NCBI GenBank assembly: GCA_001643675.2
Contig: LSRY02000001.1
Span: 248,001-312,000, forward strand
Length of the DNA: 64,000 bases
Source: Monocercomonoides exilis PA203
Lineage: Eukaryota; Protista; Preaxostyla
Direction: 5' to 3'
The notes under the pieces are model-generated. The model was not told the origin of the DNA and made no database searches. It saw only the letters and a program-made list of their open reading frames with translations. Made by a program: the position numbers and the translations under genes. This document shows positions 40,393 through 53,223 of the stretch, in pieces. Positions within the stretch are counted from its first letter, which is position 1. The number at the start of each line of letters is the position of its first letter.

Positions 40393-42001
40393 GTCTTGGA
40401 GGAGCTGACGAAGACACATATCGGCCTTTATTGATCATAGAAATGTTTGTTTTTTGAATATTTTTAGTAAATGATTATTATAAGCAATCATTTGTAATTA
40501 TCAAATAATTCAAAATAAAGATGCCTAGAAAGCATAATGTCGGCTATTTCCATTGAAGAGTTACTTAGAATAGAAGTATTTTTGAGAAAGAGTCGTCCAA
40601 AAGACAGATTTCATCTTCAACTTATGTTTAGGCTGCTTTTGCCTATTTCATTTATTTTGAGGTGAGAATAATTCTATAATGCTTAAATATCATGACTTTA
40701 ACAATAATTTTATTTGCATATAAATATCTGTTATGACCTTTATGATTTGCCCATATTTATTGCTTTTCTCATAAATATTCAAGGCTTATAACCTTATGTG
40801 TGTATAAAACATCCCAAAAGGCGATTGATAATCAAACCCCACCTGAATTTCTAATTTCTGCATTATCAGGATACTTTTTTGTTTCTTCTTTTATTTGTAT
40901 CGTTTCGCATTGGATCATTGCAATTCATGCAGAAGAATTGGAAGGAAAACCAAGATTATGGATTATTGGAATTTTGATTCTAATCTTTTGTTTTATAATT
41001 CCTCTTTCATTGATCATTTCTGTGTTTGCCCTTGATAACAGCCCAGAGAACATAGATAATCGTCTTTGCACTTGGATCCATAAAGGTGAATCCTTCTATA
41101 ATGTTATTCTTAATATAACAGTTGGCATAATCTTTTTGGTCTATGGCTTGTATTCACTTTTATACGATTTAGTTGCTTATGTGTTTATTATTGTGATTAC
41201 AATTTATTGCTTAATAATTCAAATCTTCTTTTTTTAGGTGGCTTAGTTTTGAAACGTCTTTCAGTTTTAAAAGGTCCTCCACAATTAAAGCGACTAAAGC
41301 AAAAAATCGGAGTTCAAATGATTATAGGGCTATCAATATTTATGTTTCGTGCAATTCTACTGGTTGTCAGGATATTTGTTCTTGAGGTGGTCGCTTGCCA
41401 AATTATTGCACTGGTTACAACCATCATCGGAGAATGTGGATTGGCTCTGTTTATAATGATTACTCTTCTTGTTCGTGTCTCATCGAGTTCTCATCCACGC
41501 AAAAACGTCATGACCAGCAAAATAAAGCGAGTTTCAAGTTCTGGGTCATATCAAACGGCTTCCAGTTCATTCGCTTCTGATGAGACTTCTTGCATGAACT
41601 CAGGGAAAAGACACAGCAAAGGAAGCAGGAAAAAGAGAGACGGTTCGACTTCAACGCGAAGAAAGAGCACTCAAAATACGAACCCTTCTGAAAGCGATTG
41701 CAAAACTGAAGAAGCTCCGAATGGAGATGCGTCGTTGTCGATGTCTCAGCCGTTGCTTCAGAGCAACTTATCTTCAGAATCGCAAACAGTAGACAATTCA
41801 ATCAGCAGTGACCGGCAGAAGAATACACAGAAAAAACATCGGAAGAAGAAGAAGAAGTTGGCTATTAATGTGAGTGAGAATGACAGGCATGCGCGTGTAG
41901 AGAATGAGGAGGCTGCTGGTGGGCTTGTTGAAAGCGCAGGGAAGGATGAAATCGGGCACAGTTACAATGCTGCGGAAGAGGAAGAGGGAAGATGCATTTA
42001 G
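40393..42001 (+). CDS. Spliced multi-pass (probably 7-TM, TOM1/GPR137-like) membrane protein with a Ser/Lys-rich cytoplasmic tail
   Basis: Successive hydrophobic helices in exons ~40520-40661, ~40784-41144 and 41238-42001, including IIFLVYG and IFMFRAILL. The 5' end is uncertain. Confidence 0.55.
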
Positions 42002-43241
42002 AAATGTGAATTCAGAAGAATTGAATAAGTACATTTTTGCTGAATAAGTATTGAAAATATAAGTCTTCATATGGATTCTTCAAGGGAATTCATTTGAGGG
42101 AATAAGAGTGAAAATAAAGAGAAGAAGAGAATTCTCTTTAAAAAAGTGCTTAAATTTGTGAAGATGAACGTATTTATGAAACATTTGAAGATCTTCTAAA
42201 ATGTTACAAATGCGAACTTTTATAAAGACGAGCTGTTGAATGACAGCAGAAGAAAAGCAAAAGTTGCACCTGATCGTGCACATAATCACCAATATGGAGT
42301 GTTTCAAATTTTATTTATTATTTATTTATTTATGATTTCTTTCTTTGAATATTACTTTTTTATTTATTTGATTTTTGAATGTGTCTCTGTATGCTTTGAT
42401 TTCTTGTCAGTGTCGGGAAATTGTTGTGATTTTTGCTTCTTTTGGTTATTTGCCTGATATTTTCACAAAAAGAATAACAATATTTGTTTTTATTCAGGAC
42501 AAAGTCTTTTGCATTTTTAAAAAAAAGCAACGTTATTTTTGAAGAGTTGCAATTCGTTATTGTTCTGTAACAGTTGTTTTTTCATTCTATTTCTGTGATT
42601 TTTCTCGATAATTTTTTGTTTTGTCTTTTGATGAATGCATGTTATTTTTTATCTTCTTTTTCCATTTTTCTCCTCATTGTTCAATCGATTTTCCTGATTC
42701 TTCATTGGTTTGCTATTTCAAATAATAATCTTTCTTTTTCTCTTTTTTCTTATCTTTCCTTTGTTTTCTTCACATATTTTATTTGATTTCTTTTTCGTGT
42801 GAGCAAGTGTTTCAGAGCCTTTTCAATTGTTTGTTTTCTATTTCTCCTCATATGCAAGGTAAATACTGTAATTAAAAAGCATGTGAAAGTTGTATTCGTT
42901 CATTTCGGCTCTTGTGATGATTATTTGCAATTATTTAAAATGAAAAAGTTATGATTCTTCTGCTCGCTTTGAATGATACAAACGTTTGGCGGGGAAGGAA
43001 TTGTCGTTTTTGTTTTTGTTTTTGTTTTTGTTTTTCGATCCATCATTTCAAAAGGATCTCAAAAGAAAGTTGTAAATGATTCGCTTTCAGAACAAAGTTG
43101 TTCAATGTTCTTATTTCTGGGAGAGATTTCTTTTATTCATTCATTTACACATTGCAAAACACAAAACAATAATATTTTTATTTAAAAATAAATTACATAA
43201 ACAAAAAAGAGAAAGATAGAAGCAATTGCTGCCTGTAACCT

Positions 43242-44246
43242 TCAACCGTACTTCGCAAATTCATCAGATTCCATTGCTTCAAGAAAACGAATGCGGTACT
43301 AAGAAGATTTATTTGAAGAAAAAAATCATATAAATTGAAAAAATCATTCATGAAATTGCATGAATGAACAAATAAAGTTATAAATGATGATTCAATAAAA
43401 AATAATTATGAACTTTAAATATGATATTTTGTAAAGAAAAAAACCTTTCTTGTGATATTAATTTGCTCTATCATTTTCATCCTGTCTATCGAATTAACTG
43501 GATATTCCACAAACTGCTTCAGCTCATCCGTGCATTTCGCCAAGTCCTTAATCATAAACGGGAAAACAGAGTTTTTCCGCACATTAGGCACATAAGACGA
43601 GTAGATATATGAAGAGCAGAGGGTCCTGCAGCAGTCCTTCAGCACAGTAAACGCATCCATAATGAACTCAGCCTGGTTCTGCTGGCACTGCAGGTATTGG
43701 CAGTAGCGCCGTGTCTTTGCGTCTGCCTCCTCCATGTTCTCGCCCATGTCGTGGATGATCTTGTCTCTTTCGTTCCACAGGTCGAATGTTGATTGGAAGT
43801 TGAAGGCAGCGCCATCCACCTCCTCCTCTTTACTGTCAGTGGAGATTATCTTGTGAGTGGAGCACACCCAGTTATCGCCTGTATGATGAAAGAAGTTGAT
43901 AGCAATGGAGTATATGTGATAGATATTTATGAACATATTTCGATAAAAATGTAGTAATTATGAAAGTATTTTTATTCATGCAAAAACAACAAAATAAATA
44001 AAATCAAGTCGTGATTCATACTGTGAGTTGTCCAAGGTCTTAAGCACATCCAGCAAAATTCGTATCTGCAATAAGCACAACGAATATACAAGCAGCCTGC
44101 TCTTCGCTCAATTGGCACTCCACATCTGAAATATTTGTGGAAAAATAGATATATCAAATAATAGTATATGATATGGTTCAAGAAAATGACAGATAAATGT
44201 GAGACAAATAATGTAATAACAGATAGTGGTTAAGAATTGTTCAAAA

Positions 44247-44277
<31 letters not shown>

Positions 44278-45595
44278 AAACAGTTGAAAATGTACACATT
44301 CAACATTATCGCAATCATAGCGAATTTTTCAAATGAATTTATTTCTTTTTCAGCATCTCGAGCAGAGCCGAAAACAAACCCAGGGCAGGCTTTTGTGTGC
44401 TTAATCATCCATTCCAGTGTCAGAGAATTATCTCCAATCAAATGCTCCCATTTCTGCATCATGTCGCACGTTGCTGGCATATGCCCAGGTCGTCCGCACT
44501 GAAAACTGAACAATTAAACAAATTTTACCAAACAATTAGATAAATGGTCAAAAAAAATTATGTAAATATCGGCAATTAGGAAAGAAGTTTTTTAATTTTT
44601 TTTTTATTAGCATGACTTATTGAAATAACTTCACAAAGCACACCAATAAACCATTCCGCATTTGCAGGTCACATCTTGTCCCAATCCAATCCTTCTGGCA
44701 ACAATCGAACAGGAGTGTCTGGGGCATCTCCTGTTATCATCAAAAATGTGATTGTTTGAGAAATAAAAATGTTTGAAAAAATTATTCGCTTTTTGAATCA
44801 AACCTTAAGTTCCTTTGTTTTTCAATAAAAGAATTCTGAAATATGATATCGTATTTTGCTTTGTTAACATCTGTAAGTGAACTCCTAATCTTAACAGGCG
44901 ATATTTGAATAGCGCACCCACTGCAAGGACAAGATGTTTGAAGGCATTCAAATCCTAACTTTATTCTGCTATTAATATATGCAACTACACATTCTTTGCA
45001 ATACTTGTGTTCACAAGTTAAAGGAAAAGCTTAATATCATTTAAAAATGATAAGGTTATGCCAAAAATAGAAAATATTTCCTATTTGTCATACATTCGTT
45101 CAATGAATATTGACAATAACATATTCCGCATTCAAATGTTTTTGAGTCATCGTTTTCATATGAAGACATTGATGATGTTATTCCAGCAGTTTGTAAAGTG
45201 ATTTCTCTTCGTTCTAGATACTCAGATAATAACAATTCAGAATTCCAACTTTTATAATGTTGTAATTGAGCAGTAACAATTAATACAAAGCAAACTTGAA
45301 ATACAATAGAAGTGCCAATGCATCATCATAAGAAAGTTGTAATGTTTCCTTAACTTCATTAACTTTTGCAACTATTAAATTCTCTACAGCTCTATCTGTT
45401 AAAAAAGCAAAATCCTTCGCAAAACTTGATATAAACACTTTCAAATGATAAAAGGATACATACATGTCTAGCATTTGAATCCACTCCATCGAATTTATCT
45501 TCATCATCTTCATCAACATCTTCGTCTTCTTCGCATCCACATTCTTCTTCAACTTCTTCATATTCTTCAATCTCCTCATATTCTGGCTCGCTCAT
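43242..45595 (-). CDS. Ariadne-family RBR E3 ubiquitin ligase (multi-exon)
   Basis: Acidic N-terminus, ALALLLYFKWN, RING1 (FECGICY, CEHKYCKEC, CPCSGC), IBR (CPRHSC...VTCKCG...C.PGHMPATC), RING2 (TKACP.CGVPIERRAGCLYIRCAYCRYEFCWMCL) and Ariadne domain (LKDCCRTLCSSY). Confidence 0.9.
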
Positions 45596-45852
45596 GAAAA
45601 AGAATTAAATTCAAAAAAGTAATGGGATGAATAATGATTTTTTTAAACTGAAATTTTGCACAAATGATTTGCAAATGTGAAAATATCAAAAATATATAGG
45701 AATGTGGGTAGATAATGACAGGTAAACAAATTCCATTGACACGTTTTTTTTTTATTTTTGCTATTAAAAATGAATGCAATGATGATAATTCGAAAGTGTT
45801 ACATGAATTCCAGTGATTCAAAACCGAGAAAACCTGTCTTGAAAATCCTACA

Positions 45853-48800
45853 TATAGATTGTGCATAAAATACCGGACGAAGCACAAAATACCGGACAAA
45901 AAACAATCTTATGGTTTGATCATAATGAATTGATTATTTTCCCGAGCTAATTCTTTGAAATTTTGCATTTTGTATTCATCTATGAATTTTTTTTTTGGAT
46001 TTTCACAAAAAGTTTGTTTATGATAATATAATGGGTTAACAAAATATTAATATTTGCGAAATATGCATCAGGTGATGTTTTTGAAGGTGGAATTGATGGT
46101 TGAAAATGCAAATTTCAAGTGACGAAAATCGTAGAAGCAATATATAAAACAAAAACTTTCACAAACAAGTAGTTCAGGTGTAAAACAACAATAACAAAAG
46201 TGATGCGTTCGTTTCTTGAAAAATGCTGGAAGATGAATGATGTCGATTGCTTCAAGAATGTTATGTTGCCGCACATAATAGTGAAATATTTGTTTGAGCT
46301 GTCCGTGATGATGCGGGACTGCTTCACATTGATTCCAATGATTTTCCTTTAAGAATGAATTTGAACATCGGTGATGAACAAATTTCAGAATCAAATGGAG
46401 CTTTTAAGATTCCACATAAAGTGAAGGGGCTATTCTTATATGGAGGAGAAATTTTCATTTGATTAGTGAATGAAAAGCAATCAAACAATCAAAGGAATTT
46501 GATGAAAATAATTTTTTTCATGTGAAAATAAAGAAATCTCATTCATTGGTTCTTTCTTAACAAATAAAAACTATATGCTTTTAATGAAATCATATTTTTG
46601 CAATGTTTCAAAATCATTTCAAAAAAATCACTTGGCAAACAAGATTCATTGAAAACGTTTTATGTCTTATTTGTTTAATGATAATATAATAAAAACTATT
46701 AGCATGTGAGTAAAAGCAACAATTTGACGAATCCTTTTTTCTTCATTGAAAATATTGAAATTTTCGTCTGAATAAATTCAAAAAAAAACCCCATTTCTTT
46801 TAATGAAAGTGTCATCTTTTTGCAAAAATAATTATCAACAACAAAAAATGAAGTTTTCTTATCGAAAAAAAGAATTTCGTTGTTCTGGGAATTGTGATCC
46901 TTTTTCACATTGTTTTTTCTTCAGTTATCTTCCATTCTTCAAAACGCTGAATTTCATCTAAGTTTATCCATGTTATCCTCTTCCATATCGTTCTCAATTG
47001 AAAATCACAAAGAAAGTTGGACATTTCAGCACAGCTGAATCATTAGACTGCCACCAATGGCGGGTGCATCTCATTCGCTTCATCTGCCCCTGTCAACTCG
47101 TGTTCTGTCAGCAACACCATCTTCTCCAGTTGCTCTGTGAGCAAGGATACAAGTTCTGGAGGAAGAGGCGGTGCTCTCATGATCGAGTTCAACCAAGGCT
47201 CAAAAGTGTCAGAATCCTCCTTTTCCATAACCAATATCGTGTTTTCAGCCAACAAGGCCAGCGTCGGAAGAGATATGTATTTTGTGTGTGAATCATTTGT
47301 CGCTTCTGTGAAGGAACCCTTGTTCACTTTCATGACAAGCATCACTCAGAAAGACAATTTGATTGTTGGACATGATAGAACAGAAGCATTCGGAGATTGG
47401 GAAGTTGATTTGTTCATTCTTCTCGATGGATGCCTTGCTGACTTGGTGTATGTTGATGGAACATCTGGAGTGGAAGCGGTTTATTGAGGGTTGGAGAAAA
47501 TGCAATGTCTGAACGTAAATCATGGTATGGAGCATCAGAAGAGAACACAAAATATAAAAGAGGATATAAATGAAAGTACAAAATCAACGATGACAGAGAG
47601 AATAGATGCGGGTGGAAGGTGTGCAAACACAAAACAGGAGGTTACTGTAAATATCGAATGCCAAAGGGATGCGAGTGGATCTGAAACGTGCGTTCCGAAA
47701 TCTACATGGCCAACAGAAATAGAGTTCATAGGGATTGTCGTTCCATCAAATTTTTCAAAAACAGTCTCAGCAGTGATCGAATCAAGCACTTAAAATTGCG
47801 AGCTACACATGAAAAATTGTGAGATGGGTGTAATTGAAGGGAAGCAAAATATAGATGGATTTTCTTTAATCAAATCCACAAAAAAGATAATTGAGCTGGA
47901 GTTTGCCATGATTTCAGAAGTGAAATCAACGGAATCGCAGTTTTAACTTTTCTCTAAGGAATGCATATCAAGTGGAGAGCGATGAAGAAAACAAAACGAA
48001 TCTTATGAGTTGAATAACAAAATGAATGCAGATTGATTGGTAAGCTGTTAAAGGTTTCTTGAAATTATAAAGGATTATCCATAAATAATCGTTTTAAACC
48101 TCATTTTTCTTTTCTTCCATTTTTTGTTAACACAATTATTAACTTTTTCAAATCTGGAATGAATGAATAATCAGGAAATAATCGTATTGAAAAAAAAATC
48201 AACAAATATTTTATAATATGTCTTCAAATATAATTAATGGCTTTGTTGATCAAAATGCATCTCGATAGTGATTTCTATATTTCATTTCTTCTTTGACTTT
48301 AAAATGATGAAGAAAATATTTAAGATTGGAATGAAGGTTTGCCATATTTATTATTTTGTTTTAAATGTTGTTCCTATTTGTCAATCCTTATCATGAAACA
48401 TTATTTACTCATTGGCTGAAGACAGTGGCTTCAGAAAAATATTTTATTTGAATACTGCATCGCTCTTTAAAGTGAACAATATCCATTCGTGAATACTGGC
48501 TCGTTTTTTCTATTTTGATCTCTTTTATTGTTGTTGATTAAACTTGTTGATCTCATTCGAATTCAGTGAGATCACCAAGATTTTTATCTTTTATTGAGAA
48601 TTGATAACCTCAATTACTTGTTTTTTTGTTTTTTTTTAATTTAATTATTTCTTTGAATTTTTTTTATTTAATAGTTATCTTGTTATTGAATGTTTTTCTT
48701 AAGTTCATTGTGTGCTAACTTTTGCTATTATGACAAAGACATTTGTGAATATTCATTTCTTATTGGGAGATTTTTTAGCTGTTTTGTAAATATTTTTTGT

Positions 48801-49140
48801 ATTATTTAATATCATATCGTTTCATAAATTAGAAATAATCGTTTTATCTTTGAATGTGTGTTTGTTTGTGAACCAGACATTTTTAACAACGAAATGCCTT
48901 TTGCATATGATGGTGAAAGAATAAATATTATAGAATAAAAGTTGTGAAAAAAATTATAAAGATTTAATGGGATAATGTTCAGAAAGTTATTGAAATTATA
49001 TGAAAAAGTTGCCTTTATTTAATGGCATAATGAGTTATGATGTTGTTTATTTGATTGGATAAAAAAATTCTCAAACCCTTTATAGTTAATGTTGTCCGGT
49101 ATTTTGTGCGATGTTTGGTATTTTATGCACAATCTATGTA
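45853..49140. mobile_element. Putative non-autonomous TIR element bounded by ~47-bp inverted repeats
   Basis: TAGATTGTGCATAAAATACCGGACGAAGCACAAAATACCGGACAA (45855-45899) is inverted at 49092-49136 with a few mismatches and TA flanks. No transposase was recognised inside. Confidence 0.55.
46990..47950 (+). pseudogene. Degenerate fragment of a large surface-protein family gene
   Basis: GRGGALMIEF...FSANKASVGRDMYFVC...VDLFILL...VYVDG, followed by stops and frameshifts. Confidence 0.6.
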
Positions 49141-49167
49141 TTTATTCTTTGTTAACTTCCTCATATA

Positions 49168-49526
49168 CAGTTTGTGCAAAAAATACAGGACAAGATCGAT
49201 TTCACAATAACTGCAAGAAGAAAATTTCTGACAATTTTCCTCAAAATACATCTCATCAATACAAACTCATTTGATATTTGAATCTTTCAAAATAGCTTCA
49301 TTTGTGCTCAGAAATAAATAATTATTAAAATTTCGGAGAAATAGGTTTTCGAGTTTTTCCGAAATTTCAATCATTCTTTTTTCTGAGCACAAATGAAGCT
49401 ATTTTGAAAGATTCAAATATCAAATGAGTTTGTATTGATGAGATGTATTTTGAGGAAAATTGTCAGAAATTTTCTTCTTGCAGTTATTGTGAAATCGATC
49501 TTGTCAAGTATTTTTTGCACAAACTG
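49168..49526. mobile_element. Tc1/mariner-type MITE (359 bp, 147-bp TIRs, TA duplication)
   Basis: TA|CAGTTTGTGC...GCACAAACTG|TA. The arms 49168-49314 and 49380-49526 differ at only two adjacent positions by eye. Confidence 0.93.
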
Positions 49527-49802
49527 TAAATTGAAAAACTTTTATCAATTGAATCAAAAAAGTTTTTTTTAAACATAACTTTAATAAACAAATTGACAAA
49601 GGATGAAATTTTTTTGAACAATACGCCATTATAACTTATTCACGAAAAGAAATTATTCAATTTCGTAATAAATGAATTCAATTCTGAAAACGCATAATTC
49701 GATTTCGAAATAAAACAATTTTTTTGTGGAAAGAATAACATTTGTTTTTTTATAAAAATTCTTTTTATTATTATTATTATTTTTGAAAACTTTGTTTATC
49801 AA

Positions 49803-50760
49803 TATGGGTGATTATTTTTTAAATCATATTTTTTTCAAAAATTTCGGTCCAAGAATTTCCTTTGAATATAAATTCGTGATCACTGAAGAGTGAAAAGTCT
49901 CAATAAAGACATTTGAAAATTGATTTCAGCTGATTCACTTTGACTTAAAACAGTTGTGATAAATTATGCATTTGGATTCAAAAGCTCTTTTCAATGACAA
50001 GCAAATTTTGAAAAATCTGCAACAAGAAAAAAGTTATGATTCAAATATAATCACACACGTCTTTCGAAATGGAAATATTATTTTTCGAATTTGAATTGTT
50101 TTTGGTGCAACTCTGAAGAATGAAGGCATTTCAGGTTTTATTCATATAACATTTCATATTCAAATATTAATATTTATTCTGAAATAAAAGTTTTTCATAA
50201 AGTCGATGCTTCAAATAGTGTTTTTATTTCTTGATTCACAAATATCTGGGTAATTTTTTTAAGATATGGGTTTTTATTTATGAAATCATATTTTTTCCTT
50301 CATAAATTTCGGTTCAGAATTTATTCTTGAATATCAACAAAAGAATACTGAAAAGTGAAAAGGCTTATAAAAAAACATTTTCATCTTTTATTCAGATTAA
50401 ACATTTGTCTGAAAAATAGTTATGATAATATTTTGCATTTTTGAACAAAATCTCTTCCCAGTGACAAACAACTTTAAAAAATCAACACCCCGAAAAAAGT
50501 TATGATTTCAAAAATAATCACCCATATCAAAAAAGAATCTCTTATCTCAGTTGTATTCATTTTTTCAAAAAAAGTTTCTTTGACTCATTATCATTTCAAT
50601 TATTACATAATTCACATAAAACTTTTCAAATTTGGTGAACTTGTGTGATTATTTTTGAAAACATATTTTATCTTTCAAAAATTTCGGTTCCAAAATTACA
50701 CTCAAATATCAACAAAAGAACACAGAAAATGGAAAAGGCGCACAAAAGATATTTTTATCC
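49803..50760 (+). repeat. Three diverged tandem copies of a ~260-bp MITE-like unit (TATGGGTGATT...AATCACCCATA)
   Basis: Units at ~49803-50058, ~50265-50526 and a truncated one at ~50642-50760 share AAATTTCGGT and GAAAAGTGAAAA-like blocks and terminal inverted repeats. Confidence 0.7.
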
Positions 50761-51339
50761 ATATGGCAAAATTTTTTTAAAAAGTTCCATGACTTTAATT
50801 TTGTCCCACTAAAGATCAAAAAAGATCACAAGATTTCGATCATTCCGTTCCCATTTTATATTATATTTATTATTGTGTTATCTTTTTTTGCTCCTATCAA
50901 CAATAATTGAGTTTCTAATATGCAAATATTTCATCAACATTTATATTTTTCGTCGTTTAAGCGTTGATAAATATCATTTTTCTGTTCATTTGTTTTTAAT
51001 TTATTATTTGTCTTTGTTTTCATCTTTTTCATTGCATTCGTTTGAATATTCGTTTGATTTTTAAAAATAAAACGAAAATTTTATCATTTATACTTGTTGG
51101 AATAAGAATAGATGAAAAGTCGCTTGTTTTGTCTTTTTCCTTGCATTTTTCATTAAAAAAATATATCAATTCATGGAAGGAAAAATTGCTCTAGATTTAA
51201 ACAGGTGTGTTCAAAAAACAATTAAAAATCCAATAACAAAAATATCAGACAGAATATTATATTTAACTGACGTGACATTTTAATTATGAAGGTTTAAAAG
51301 ATTACTCATTTTTTGTAATAAAAATTCTTTTCTTGAGTC

Positions 51340-53192
51340 ACATTTATTTTCGCTGTTATTTTGACATTGGTTGATAAATAACTGATTGATCTTTCAGATG
51401 CTTCTGTTACAGCCGAGACAAATTAATTGGAATTAGAGTCTGACAATGATGCTGAGATGTGCTAAGGGATTGAGATGCCTGTTGTTGCTTGTGCGCATGC
51501 ACAGCAAATGTTATTGTTAATGCGCGCTGTAGACTCTTTGCGGGAATGTTGCAGCGCGACGGATGGTGCTTTCAGTTTCACAAGTGGAGCCGCTTCTGTG
51601 GCTTGCAGCATTGGAGTGCATAAAGTCGGGGAGCAAGCGGATCTTTACAGTTGTGGATGTGATTGCGTTTCAGTTGATCTTCGATCTGTTTGACTTGTCG
51701 CTGCTGTGGAAGGCGAATGAGCTGTTGGTTTCACGATCGCTGCAGTTGAGGCGTGTGGTGGAGAAGCTGTTCAACTAAGTGATAGGGCGAAATGCTGCAG
51801 TATGCAAAGTGGGAGAGAGAGAAAGAGAGAAAGAAGAAGTGAGGAAGGCGCTAGTGACTGCTGAGATAATAAAAGAGGATATATCATTATCGTCAGTGGC
51901 AATTGATTTTGCATCGCTGAAGGAGCGAGAAAAGGCGGAGGAAGAAGGAGAAATAGAAGAATTCAAGCAGAAGAGCGGAGGACTCGTTGCTGTTTAATCT
52001 GTTGGTAAGCTGAAGAGAAGTGTTCTGATCCAACAAGGCAGTCAACGAATAAGGTGTGTGTTGAGCGGATAAGCGGCCTGCGACTGTACTGGACGAACTG
52101 AACATGCTGCAGCCAAGAAGTCGGGCAGCTGTGGAGGTCAACGGAAAGAGATTCACCGGAAGCACAATACCGAAGAGGCGCTCTGCGCTAAAGCCGTGCA
52201 AGATTTTGGTTACATATGCAACAGGGTATGGCAGGGATGAAGCAGGTGATTGTGGAAGACTTGGCATACGAGTTTTGTGTTCTTGCCAAACGATTCGTGC
52301 ACAAAGCAGAGGAGCGCAAGTTTGGTTGTGGAATCTGCATCTATTGAAAGGAGCTGATTCTCCATGCTTTTCATGCTTCTTACAGCATACGCACAAGTTG
52401 TGCAATGGAGTGGCAGAGTAGGTTGGAATGGTACATAGATGATTGAGAAAATGTTAAGTTAAAAACAGCGGAGAGTGTTGAGAAGACTTGGGTTCCAAAG
52501 AAGGAGCAGAAGCAGGAAATCTGGTAGATTTTGAGCAATTACAAGGTGATGATGTGAGTATAGACTATTGTGAGTGTGTTTGATCGCGCGTCTGAGGCGG
52601 AGACGCAGCTAACGGGGTTGGATGAGGGGAGGAAGACAGGGTTTCAGATAGCAAAGGTAGCGGTGTCGTTCTTCACTTCGGAAAAGAGGCTGGACACAGA
52701 TCAAGAAAACATCCAGTGAAGGCAGTCGTCAGTAGCGCCGCTGGGAAATACGATCGATTCGCAGTCTGAGCAGATACATAGGGTTGTGATGCAGAAGACT
52801 TGGAGGAAGGAGGTGAGCACAGTTGCAGGGGATACGATCTGTGGAGGAGCAGCAAGCGGAGAGAAGATGGCAGTCTCGATGGAGATGAAGAGAAAGAAGA
52901 TGATGAACAGGATGATGGTAGAGGGAATGGGATGAATGCAGAACTGAAGAACATCTTTTTTTGGGGGGGAGACGACAACGGTTGAGTTGAATGAAGCTTC
53001 AATGGAATTGAAGAGGAGGTGTGTGGTTATCTCGACTGAGGTGATTGCAGCGAAGTTGCATATCACTCAGCCTTTAGTGGTGATAGACGATGAGCATGCG
53101 GTTGCGAAGGTTGTGGGTGTGGATCTAAGTCTGTGAGGCGGGAGATCGAAAACGGATGGAAGAAAAGGAGAAAGGAGGAGGAGGAGGAGGAG

Positions 53193-53223
<31 letters not shown>

